Position numbers and translations under genes: made by a program
Notes under the pieces: model-generated
Seen by the model: the letters and a program-made list of their open reading frames with translations, nothing else
The model's database searches: none
Told to the model about the DNA's origin: nothing
NCBI GenBank assembly: GCA_965204855.1
Contig: OZ242018.1
Location: 304,185 to 368,184 of the forward strand
Origin: Dehalococcoidia bacterium
Lineage (GTDB): Bacteria > Chloroflexota > Dehalococcoidia > Lucifugimonadales > JADFKI01
Direction: 5' to 3'
DNA length: 64,000 nt
In this document: positions 45,079 through 53,580 of the stretch, piece by piece
Numbering within the stretch: the first letter of the stretch is position 1
How the letters are laid out: every line of letters starts with the position of its first letter

Positions 45079-45775
45079 TTGGTCTCCTTTCTGCGGTTGG
45101 ATTACTTTCCGAGTTGACTCTGGCGTTTGAAAAAGACGTGACGATACGCAGCGGGTCTTAGTGTGCGAGACGCGCCGTTAGGAAATAGGGAAGGGTAGGG
45201 GAATGAGCTGCCATGCAGTTATAGCGAGGAAGGGTTTGGATGCTGGCTATACAGTATCCACAGCTATGCGGCTTCAATGCATTACCTGAGGAGAGCTGGT
45301 GAACCTGTGGAGTTACAGGGGCGTAGGGGAACGCATAGGTCCTTGGACAGGCTATGCGGAATGAAGTGAGGGAAGCGCGTTAGAGCGCAGGAAAGCCCAC
45401 CGCTGTTTCACGGCTTTTCTGAAAAAGCGCCGCAAACGCGATGGACAGAGGCCTCGGAATTGCACCGGTTGGGAGCGATGAACGCTGCGACACATGCCGA
45501 TACCGATTGTCGAAATCATAAACACAGAGGGACTGGGAGCGAGAACGCTACAACGCGAATCCTTGCATTCCTAGCCGGATGGATTCCGGCTGCTTCGACT
45601 ACGACTGCTCAGAGGCTGCAGGCGTAACTGATGGGGTGGGGGATAGATTTATACACCCTTATTATCTCACGGAAAACGGGCGATGCAAGGAAGAACGCCC
45701 GAATTTACTCAGTATCGGTGCACATCCGCCGTAATTCCTAACTATGACGTGGGACACGGTGATCCGAGCCACCTG

Positions 45776-48181
45776 CTACTCCCCCTTCGGCATCCGGAAG
45801 CCGACGCGGGGCTCGGTGAAGATGTATGTGGGGCTGCTTGCGGCGTCGCCCAGCTTGCGGCGGAGCTTGCTGACCATCGTGCGCATTGGCCGCACGCTGC
45901 CGTCGCCCCTATCCCTCCAGACGCGCTCCAGCAGGTGCTCGTAGGTCAGCACCCTTCCGGCGTGGGCCGCCAGCTCCGCCAGCATCCCGTACTCCGTAGG
46001 GGTCAGCTCCACGCGGCGGCCGGCCAGTGTCACCCTGCGCTGGGAGTAGTCGATTGTCAGGTCGCCCAGCGTGTACGGCTCCGACGGCTCTTCGGTCACG
46101 CGCCTGCGCAGCGCCGCCCTGATCCTCGCGGAAAGCTCGGTGGGAGAGAACGGCTTGACCACGTAGTCCACCGCCCCCATCTCGAACGCCCTGGCGACGA
46201 CCTCGTCCCGCCCGTATGCGGACAGGAAGATGACCGGCACGTCCGCCACATCCAGGATGTCGCGCATCAGCTCTATCCCACCGATGCCCGGAAGCATCAG
46301 GTCCAGCAGCACCAGCTCGGGCCTCTCCTCCTCCACGAGGCGCACCGCCTCATCCGGGTCTCCGGTCACCACCGGCGCGTAGCCTGACACGGTGAGCGTA
46401 TCGCGGATGTAGCGGAGGTCGTTGGGGTCGTCGTCCACCGCGAGCACCCGCACCCGATCCTCCGGGTCCATCAGCCCGCCTTCCCGCGACCCGGCTGGGA
46501 CGAGCCGGAGCGCGCCCGCCGCGCCGTGCCCCGTCCCCTCCACCGTCGGCAGGGTGAAGGTGAAGCGCGCGCCCAGGCCAGGCCCGTCGCTCTCCGCCCA
46601 TATGCGGCCCCCGTGCGCCTCCACGATACCCTTGCAGATGGCAAGCCCCAGTCCCGTGTCTCCTCCCCGCTCCTCGGACTGCACCGCTGAGAACTTGCGG
46701 AACAGGTGTGGCATGCTCTCTGCCGGGATGCCTCGCCCTTCGTCTGCCACCGAGACCGCCACATACACGGCTTCCCTCACCGCGCTCACCCTGATGACCG
46801 ACGACTCCGGCGAGTGACGCGCCGCGTTGGCGAGCAGGTTGCCCAGCACCTGCGCGATGCGCCGCCTGTCGGCCATCACCAGTGGCAGGCCCGGCTCGAT
46901 GTCGATGGCAAGGTCGCTCCTGCCTCCCGCGCTCCTGAAGGCGTTCCTCGCCCGATCTACCAGCACTGCCACCTCCGCCGGCTCGGGGCTGACCGGCAGC
47001 GTGCCCGTCTCGATGCGCGCCACGTCGAGCAGGTCGCCGACCAGAGCGTGCATGTGGTCGGCCTGGTCGCCGATGATGCGGAAGAACTGGCGCACCACGG
47101 CGGGGTCCAGGTCGGCGGGCGAGTCCAGCACGGTCGATGCCGAGCCCTTGATGGAGGTCAGGGGCGCGCGCAGCTCGTGGCTGACCATCGCCAGGAACTC
47201 AGCGCGCATGCGCTCCAGCTCCTCGACGTCCGCCATGTCCTGGAGGGTGACCACCATAGACTCGACCTCCCCCTCCTCAGAGCGGATGGGCGTGGCGTTG
47301 ATCAGGGTGGTCACGCTGCGCCCGTCAGGGACGCTGATGACCACCTCCTCTGCGCGCAGCGTCTCCCCCGAGCGCAGCGCCTCGGCAATCGGGAACTCCC
47401 GCAGCGAGACCTCCCGCCCGTCCGCCCGCCGGAAGGTCAGCACGCCGAGAAGGTCCTGCGGCGACTGGTCGGGGTCGCGCAGGCTATCCACGATCCGCCG
47501 CGCCTCACGGTTGAAAGACTTAGGCGCTCCGGTCACGGCGTCGAAGACCACCACGCCCACTGGGGAGGTGTCTATCAGCGTCTCCAGGTCGGCCCTGGCG
47601 CGCTGCTCCTCCCGGTGCCGGCTGGCGTTGGCGATTGCCATTGCCGCCTGCGCCGCGAACAGCACCAGCGTCTCTTCGTCCTCACGGGTGAACTCCTGCC
47701 CGCCTTCCCTTTCGCCCAGTTTTTCGCCCAGTTTTTCGCCCAAGAGAATGTATCCCACACGCTCACCGCGGTTCGTTATGGGAGCCAGCAGGAAGGACAT
47801 CGCCGCTCCCGCATCCGTGGGCGGGCCGAGTTCCGGCAGGCCCATGTCTCTGAGGTGGGTGTTCAGGTCGGCGACCCGAAGCGCGCCGGGGAGTTCGCCG
47901 AAGTAGCGCAGCAGCCGCTCCCCGCCCGGCATGTCGCGGAACCGGCGCGCCTCCTGCTCGGTTACGCCGGAGAAGAAGACGTCCTGGAGGCCGAGGGAAT
48001 CGTCCACGAGGGTTATCGCGCCGTAGCGAGCGCCGGTGAGGGAGCGGGCGGAGTCGAGCACGCCCTGGAGCACGGTGTTGAAGTCGAGGTCTTCGGTGAT
48101 GCGGAGGCTTGCGCTGCTCAGGCGTGAGAGGCGCTCTTCCAGTTCCCGTATCCGTATGTCTTGCTCGTCGGGTCCGTTCAT
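45776..48181 (-). CDS. Fused sensor histidine kinase / response regulator with OmpR-type DNA-binding domain (GAF-PAS-HisKA-HATPase-REC-wHTH)
   Basis: H-box MVSHELRAPLTSI. N/G boxes NLLANAARHSP, DEGRGIP and GLGLAICKGIVEAHGG. REC segment VLAVDDDPNDL...LLDLMLPG. C-terminal LTPTEYGMLAELA...VWRD...VRPMRTMVSKLRRKL winged helix. Confidence 0.9.
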   Translation of the reverse strand: MNGPDEQDIRIRELEERLSRLSSASLRITEDLDFNTVLQGVLDSARSLTGARYGAITLVDDSLGLQDVFFSGVTEQEARRFRDMPGGERLLRYFGELPGALRVADLNTHLRDMGLPELGPPTDAGAAMSFLLAPITNRGERVGYILLGEKLGEKLGEREGGQEFTREDEETLVLFAAQAAMAIANASRHREEQRARADLETLIDTSPVGVVVFDAVTGAPKSFNREARRIVDSLRDPDQSPQDLLGVLTFRRADGREVSLREFPIAEALRSGETLRAEEVVISVPDGRSVTTLINATPIRSEEGEVESMVVTLQDMADVEELERMRAEFLAMVSHELRAPLTSIKGSASTVLDSPADLDPAVVRQFFRIIGDQADHMHALVGDLLDVARIETGTLPVSPEPAEVAVLVDRARNAFRSAGGRSDLAIDIEPGLPLVMADRRRIAQVLGNLLANAARHSPESSVIRVSAVREAVYVAVSVADEGRGIPAESMPHLFRKFSAVQSEERGGDTGLGLAICKGIVEAHGGRIWAESDGPGLGARFTFTLPTVEGTGHGAAGALRLVPAGSREGGLMDPEDRVRVLAVDDDPNDLRYIRDTLTVSGYAPVVTGDPDEAVRLVEEERPELVLLDLMLPGIGGIELMRDILDVADVPVIFLSAYGRDEVVARAFEMGAVDYVVKPFSPTELSARIRAALRRRVTEEPSEPYTLGDLTIDYSQRRVTLAGRRVELTPTEYGMLAELAAHAGRVLTYEHLLERVWRDRGDGSVRPMRTMVSKLRRKLGDAASSPTYIFTEPRVGFRMPKGE

Positions 48182-48218
48182 CTCTTCACCTCTATACAGG
48201 AATCGGTGTCAGCGCGGT

Positions 48219-48285
48219 CAATTATGCCGCATTCGGCGTATAGTTACAATAAGTTACAGATATTTGCGGATAAAGTGACGCAATA
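48219..48285. promoter_or_regulatory. Conserved regulatory block, copy 1 (in-phase AGTTACA direct repeats)
   Basis: AGTTACA at 48242-48248 and 48252-48258, AGTGAC at 48274-48279 (spacings 10 and 22 bp). Preceded by the palindrome ATGCCGCAT. An almost identical block lies at 53383-53449. Confidence 0.55.
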
Positions 48286-48451
48286 GAAATATTTGTAGTG
48301 GTAAGATGCCGTGTGGGTTTGCCCATCACACGGGAGGTACGCACTCGTCTCTTGAAGGAACCCCGCCCGGACCGGCAGCATTGGCGCCGATGGCGGATAC
48401 CTCAGAACCAAGGTATATGACGATAAACAGCTCAGCGATAGGAATGATTCA

Positions 48452-51400
48452 ATGAGAAGGTTTACCATAAGCAGCAGTCCGTCCACAATTACGGCCCGGC
48501 TCATGACCAGAGCGGGACTTGTTCTGCTCGCGCTGTTAGCGTTCGCGGCATCGGTGGGAACGCCCGTGGCATTCGCGCAGGAAGCCACATGCTCTACGGG
48601 CACGGCGGTTCCTGACGTGGCGAACAATCCCGGACTGGTGGCGGACTGCGAGGCGCTGCTTGCGTCGAAGAGTGTACTCGACCCCGGTGGTACGCGCCTC
48701 AACTGGAGCGCGACCGTTTCGATGTCGTCCTGGCAGGGTGTCACACTGAGCGGCACACCGCTCCGCGTAACCGAGCTGTCCCTCGCCGGTAACCCCGCCG
48801 ATCCCGACAGGCAGCTGACCGGCAGCATACCCGCGAAACTGGGCGACCTCGACAGTCTGACTTTTCTGTACCTGTACGGTAATCGATTGACGGGGAGTAT
48901 CCCGGCGGAGCTGGGCAACATTGGCAGCCTGTTGAACCTGTTCTTGTACGACAACCGACTGACGGGCAGCATACCCGCGGAACTGGGCGACATCAGCGGC
49001 CTGCTGAATCTGCTTCTCCACGACAACCAGTTGACGGGCAACGTTCCCGCCGACCTGGGTGATCTCAGCAGCCTGAGGGTGCTGAACCTGAAGTGCAACG
49101 AACTGATGGGCAGCGTTCCGTCCGAGTTGAGCGGCCTCTCCGGCCTCAGGGCAAATTCACTCTCGCTCTACGGCAATCAGCTTACCGGCTCTGTGCCCTC
49201 CGGGCTTGCCGACAAGCTGGAGCCGCCGGGACTGTCCCGTTCGGGCTGCGCGCGTCCGCCACGATTCGAGGATGGCACACCCACGACCTTGACCATCGAG
49301 GCGGGCGCGCAGTCCGGCGCGAATGTGGGCGACCCCGTAACTGCCTACGACCCGGACGGAGATACGCTCGCATACAGGCTGTCGGGGGATGACGCCGCGT
49401 CATTCGCCATTGCCGCAGATGGACAGATGAAAGTCGCGGCGCAGACACTGGAGGTCGGCGACTACGAGGTGACCATCGAGGCAAGCGACGGGACGGGACG
49501 CACCGCCAGCACAGCCGTGACCATCAGCGCGACGGCGCCGCCGAGTCCGTGCTTGACTGGCGCTGCGGTCCCTGACGCGGCGAACAACCCCGGCCTGGTC
49601 AAGGACTGCGAGGCGCTGCTGGCATCGAAGGATACGCTCGACCCCAGTGGCACAAAACTCAACTGGAGCGCGAGTCTATCGATATCCTCGTGGTGGGGCG
49701 TCACCCTTGAAGGAACTCCGTCCCGTGTCACAAAATTGAACCCCGACAGCTACCAGTTGACGGGCAGCATTCCCACAGAGTTGGAAGACCTCTCTAATTT
49801 GACGTATTTGAGCCTCTGGGGCAACCAGTTGACGGGCAGCATTCCCACGGAACTGGGCAACCTCTCCAACCTCAAGCAACTGCACCTCCACATCAATAAG
49901 TTGACGGGCAGCATTCCCACAGAACTGAGTAACCTCTCCAACCTGACCGAGCTGGTCCTCCACAGCAATCAGTTGACGGGTAGCATTCCCACGGAACTGA
50001 GTAACCTCTCCAACCTGGAGTTTCTGACCCTCGGCGATAAGCTGACGGGCAACATTCCCGCGGAACTGGGCAACCTCACCAACTTGACGGAACTGCACCT
50101 CCACAGTAATGAATTGACGGGCAGCATACCCACGGAGTTGAGCAACCTCTCCAACCTGAAGGGGCTGGGCCTCGCCAGAAATCAGCTGACGGGTAGCATT
50201 CCTACGGAGTTGGGCAACCTCTCCAATCTAGAGAGTCTGCGGCTCAGTGGCAACCAATTGACGGGCAGCATTCCTACGGAGTTGGGCAACCTCTCCAACC
50301 TGCAGATACTGATCTTCAGCGACAACCAATTGACGGGCAGCATTCCTACGGAGTTGGGCAACCTCACTAACTTGTGGGCACTGAGCTTCAGCGACAACCA
50401 ATTGACGGACAGCATACCCACGGAGTTGGGCAACCTCGCCAACCTGCAGCATTTGTGGATCAGCGACAACCAATTGACGGGCAGCATCCCTACGGAACTG
50501 GGCAACCTCACCAATCTGTTAGAGTTGCATCTCGCCAATAATCAGTTGACGGGCAGCATTCCTACGGAACTCGGGAATTTATCCAATCTGGGGACTCTGC
50601 ATCTTGAAGGTAACCAATTGACGGGCGCTATACCCGCGGAACTGGGCAACCTCCGGAATGTGATTTCCATATATCTACAATGCAACGAACTTACGGGCAG
50701 TGTCCCTACCGAGCTAGGAAGTCTAAACAACATAGAGGTAAATTATCTAATCCTCTACGGCAACCAACTCACGGGTTCCGTCCCGTCCGGACTTACCGAT
50801 AAATTGCGGTCCCCAGGCTTGTCGCGTTCAGGCTGTGCGCGTCCCCCACGCTTTCCGGAGGGTACGCCGATGAAGATTGTGCTCACTTCCAGCGCACAGG
50901 CGGGTGTGAATGTAGGCGACCCAGTAACAGCTTACGACCCGGATGGCGACACGCTCACTTACACTCTGTCCGGTCCCGATGCCGCATCATTCGCCGTCGC
51001 CGCGAATGGGCAGCTCAGCATCGGCGCTTCAGCTCTTAGCGGAGGTGACTACGCGGTGACGGTAACCGCTGGCGACGGCACGTTCTTCGATAACGAAGAG
51101 GACGAGAGAGTGGAGCGAACCGCGAGTATCGATGTGACGATCACCGTGGCCGCACCGCCCGAGCAACTCGGCACGCCCGATGTGTCCGCCGCAAGCACGA
51201 CCAGCCTGAATGTCAGCTGGACCGCTCCGGACAGCGGCTCCGCCATAACCGACTACGACCTGCGCTATCGCGTGAGCGGCAGCGACGGCGAGTTCACCGA
51301 CTTCGAACACGAGGGTACGACCACATCCGCAACCATCGCGGGATTGGCGCAGAACACCGAGTACGAGGTGCAGGTGCGCGCGGTCAACGCTTCGGGGACG

Positions 51401-53077
51401 GGCGAGTGGTCGCTGTCCGGTATCGGCAGCACGAACGCCCCCAACCATGCGCCGAGCTTCCCGCCGGACATCGTCAGTTCCGACGGCTACGCGCGCCGCA
51501 GCATGATCGAGAGCGTGGGCGCGACTGTCTCGGTCGCGGCGGACCTGGGAGCTCCTATCGCGGCGACGGACCAAGACGGCGACGCCCTGACTTACAGCCT
51601 TGTCCTCGATGAGGGCGATGCGGGCCTGTTCACGATAGACCCAAGCAGCGGCCAGATTCGCACGACGGCAAGCATCTACGACTATGAAGCCCGCAGCGGG
51701 TATCTCGTGCAGGTAGAAGTGAGCGACGGCAAGGACGCAGAGGGCATATCCGACGACTCGCCGGACGCCTCGGTCGATGTGCTCATCGAGATACTGGATG
51801 TCAGCGAACCCCCGGTCGGGCGACTCTCACTGACCACGGGACTGGTTGGCGCCAACCGGCTGAGCATTTCGTGGAACGAGCCCGACATGGCTGGGCGTCC
51901 TCCGGTCACCGGCTACGAGGCGCAATACCGCACTGCAGGTAGGCACTTCGCCGACGCCACCCCCACGGTCAACGGCCGGAGCGTGGACATCAGAGGCCTG
52001 AGTCCGTATACCTTGTACAAGATCCGGGCGCGCGCGCTCAACGAGGACGGAGCGGGCGAATGGGCGCTGCGGTCGATACAGACCGTCAGATCGAACGCAC
52101 CTCCCAGCCTTCCCACCGGGCTGATAACGCGCGATATAGACGAGAACGCCGCACCGGGAGCCGCCGTCGGCGCGCCTATAGCGGCGACGGATGACGACAA
52201 GGACGCGCTGGCGTACAGCTTGCAAGAGACCGGGGACGAGGAAGTGGACGGCGCATTCACGATAGACGGTAGCGGACTTCTGCGCGTGAGCGGGAGTCTG
52301 GACTATGAATCGCGTGTCGCGTATCTGCTGGTGGTGCAAGTCAGTGACGGGAAGAACGATGACGGCAATCCTGACGCTTCGGTGGACGACACGGTTACGG
52401 TGCTCGTTCGCCTGGGCGATGTCTTTGAACTGCCCCCTGCGCCTGCCGCGCCAACGGTGACTCCCGCCAGCGCCACCGCGCTGACGGTCGAGTGGACTGT
52501 GCCCGGTGCGGCCGGATCGCCGGAGATAGACAGATACATACTGCTGTACAAAGCCGCAAGCGCCGCTTCGTATGAGGACGTGGACATCTCCGGCGCCGAG
52601 AGCAGCGCCACGCTGCTGGGGCTGAGACCCGACACCCTGTACGATGTGCAGGTTCATGCCTACATTGACGAAGTCGGATTGGGCCCGCCGTCTCCTGCGG
52701 GTCAGGGCAGGACGAATGCCCTCAACTCCGCGCCAAGCTTCCCGAGCGCCGTGGCGGTGCGTCGAATCGATGAGAGCATCGGCGCAGCGGTATCGACGGT
52801 AGAGAAGGTGGGCGCGCCGGTGGAGGCGCAGGACGGAGACGGGGACGCTCTGACATACGGCTTGCAAGGAGCCGGCAGCGGGCACGCGGCGTTCTTCACC
52901 ATCGATCCCGCAACCGGGCAGCTAAGCACTGTCCGAAGAAACTACGACTACGAGACCGTGAGAGCTTACCTGCTCGTGGTGCAAGTGAGCGACGGCAAGG
53001 ACGCCTGGGGGATGTCCTCCGATGCGGTGGACGCGCGCGCCACGGTCATAATTCAAGTGCGCGACTTGGACGAATAA
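48452..53077 (+). CDS. Secreted giant protein: two plant-type LRR blocks, cadherin-like and FN3 domains (1541 aa)
   Basis: Signal peptide ...LALLAFAASVGTPVAFA|QE. LRRNT-like caps (DCEALLASK..LDP....LNWS.....W.GVTL) are followed by 24-residue LTGSIPTELGNLSNL repeats. Cadherin-like modules (DPDGDTLAYRLSG...) and FN3 (PDVSAASTTSLNVSWTAP). Confidence 0.9.
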   Translation: MRRFTISSSPSTITARLMTRAGLVLLALLAFAASVGTPVAFAQEATCSTGTAVPDVANNPGLVADCEALLASKSVLDPGGTRLNWSATVSMSSWQGVTLSGTPLRVTELSLAGNPADPDRQLTGSIPAKLGDLDSLTFLYLYGNRLTGSIPAELGNIGSLLNLFLYDNRLTGSIPAELGDISGLLNLLLHDNQLTGNVPADLGDLSSLRVLNLKCNELMGSVPSELSGLSGLRANSLSLYGNQLTGSVPSGLADKLEPPGLSRSGCARPPRFEDGTPTTLTIEAGAQSGANVGDPVTAYDPDGDTLAYRLSGDDAASFAIAADGQMKVAAQTLEVGDYEVTIEASDGTGRTASTAVTISATAPPSPCLTGAAVPDAANNPGLVKDCEALLASKDTLDPSGTKLNWSASLSISSWWGVTLEGTPSRVTKLNPDSYQLTGSIPTELEDLSNLTYLSLWGNQLTGSIPTELGNLSNLKQLHLHINKLTGSIPTELSNLSNLTELVLHSNQLTGSIPTELSNLSNLEFLTLGDKLTGNIPAELGNLTNLTELHLHSNELTGSIPTELSNLSNLKGLGLARNQLTGSIPTELGNLSNLESLRLSGNQLTGSIPTELGNLSNLQILIFSDNQLTGSIPTELGNLTNLWALSFSDNQLTDSIPTELGNLANLQHLWISDNQLTGSIPTELGNLTNLLELHLANNQLTGSIPTELGNLSNLGTLHLEGNQLTGAIPAELGNLRNVISIYLQCNELTGSVPTELGSLNNIEVNYLILYGNQLTGSVPSGLTDKLRSPGLSRSGCARPPRFPEGTPMKIVLTSSAQAGVNVGDPVTAYDPDGDTLTYTLSGPDAASFAVAANGQLSIGASALSGGDYAVTVTAGDGTFFDNEEDERVERTASIDVTITVAAPPEQLGTPDVSAASTTSLNVSWTAPDSGSAITDYDLRYRVSGSDGEFTDFEHEGTTTSATIAGLAQNTEYEVQVRAVNASGTGEWSLSGIGSTNAPNHAPSFPPDIVSSDGYARRSMIESVGATVSVAADLGAPIAATDQDGDALTYSLVLDEGDAGLFTIDPSSGQIRTTASIYDYEARSGYLVQVEVSDGKDAEGISDDSPDASVDVLIEILDVSEPPVGRLSLTTGLVGANRLSISWNEPDMAGRPPVTGYEAQYRTAGRHFADATPTVNGRSVDIRGLSPYTLYKIRARALNEDGAGEWALRSIQTVRSNAPPSLPTGLITRDIDENAAPGAAVGAPIAATDDDKDALAYSLQETGDEEVDGAFTIDGSGLLRVSGSLDYESRVAYLLVVQVSDGKNDDGNPDASVDDTVTVLVRLGDVFELPPAPAAPTVTPASATALTVEWTVPGAAGSPEIDRYILLYKAASAASYEDVDISGAESSATLLGLRPDTLYDVQVHAYIDEVGLGPPSPAGQGRTNALNSAPSFPSAVAVRRIDESIGAAVSTVEKVGAPVEAQDGDGDALTYGLQGAGSGHAAFFTIDPATGQLSTVRRNYDYETVRAYLLVVQVSDGKDAWGMSSDAVDARATVIIQVRDLDE
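49757..50762 (+). repeat. Tandem 72-bp coding repeat (14 units, one of 69 bp) encoding 24-aa LRRs
   Basis: The (T/C)TGACGGG... anchor recurs at 49757, 49829, 49901, 49973, 50042, 50114, 50186, 50258, 50330, 50402, 50474, 50546, 50618 and 50690. Confidence 0.9.
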
Positions 53078-53140
53078 CGCAAGAAGAACCACAAACGGAC
53101 AGGGGCAGGTTACCCATGTGGCGGTGCGGAACAGCAACCT

Positions 53141-53309
53141 GAGCGGCGGGCTGCCGTCCGGTTTCACCAGCATGGGCGGCCTGCAACGGGCTAGCCATCG
53201 CCAATACCGGCATCTGCATTCCAGCGGGTGACACGTTCAGCGATTGGCTGGCCGCGGTGCCTGACAAGCCGGGGATCGATGGGCTGACGGCCTGCGCCTC
53301 ACCATAAGC
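53141..53309 (+). pseudogene. Frameshifted remnant of the LRR C-terminal tail module (paralogue of 62430-62598)
   Basis: Aligns base-for-base with the last 169 nt of the 3004-aa gene, including the stop, except for substitutions and one extra base (caacgGgctagcc versus caacgcctagcc). It is out of frame with, and downstream of, the stop of the 1541-aa gene. Confidence 0.75.
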
Positions 53310-53382
53310 GCGGCAGTACAATGTAGCCTGCAGGATGCAACCATCCTACAGGCTCTAACTCGTTTGAGTGCTGGGTTCGGGC

Positions 53383-53449
53383 CAATTATGCTGCATTCGG
53401 CAGATAGTTACAATAAGTTACAGATAATTGCTGCTAAAGTGACATAATG
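53383..53449. promoter_or_regulatory. Conserved regulatory block, copy 2
   Basis: AGTTACA at 53406-53412 and 53416-53422, AGTGAC at 53438-53443. Same spacing as copy 1, preceded by the palindrome ATGCTGCAT. Confidence 0.55.
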
Positions 53450-53580
53450 GTAATGCCTATGGTGCTATGATGAAACGTGGGTCCCCCATCAGCGGGAGAT
53501 ATCTATTTGTCTCTCAAACGGACCCGGACCGGCCGCATTGATGACGCGCCGCCGCACCCGAATCAGACCGAGGATAAATT

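Noticed and set aside
45683-48127. Plus-strand ORFs 45683-46387, 46706-48127 and 46827-47906 opposite the HK-RR gene
   Set aside because: They are shadow ORFs (Arg/His/Pro/Ser-rich). The minus-strand ORF has complete HK, REC and wHTH motifs.
48244-50733. Minus-strand ORFs with striking repeats (LPVNWLS..., MLPVN...) opposite the LRR arrays
   Set aside because: Their periodicity is simply the reverse-complement image of the 72-bp LRR coding repeats. The plus-strand frame gives the canonical LRR consensus and a signal peptide.
49757-50762. Regularly spaced 72-bp repeats considered as a possible CRISPR array
   Set aside because: There is no repeat-spacer structure. The whole unit is repeated and the array is in frame within a long ORF encoding 24-residue LRRs. 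No cas genes are nearby; the Cas4-like gene at 35.8 kb is in a recombination context.
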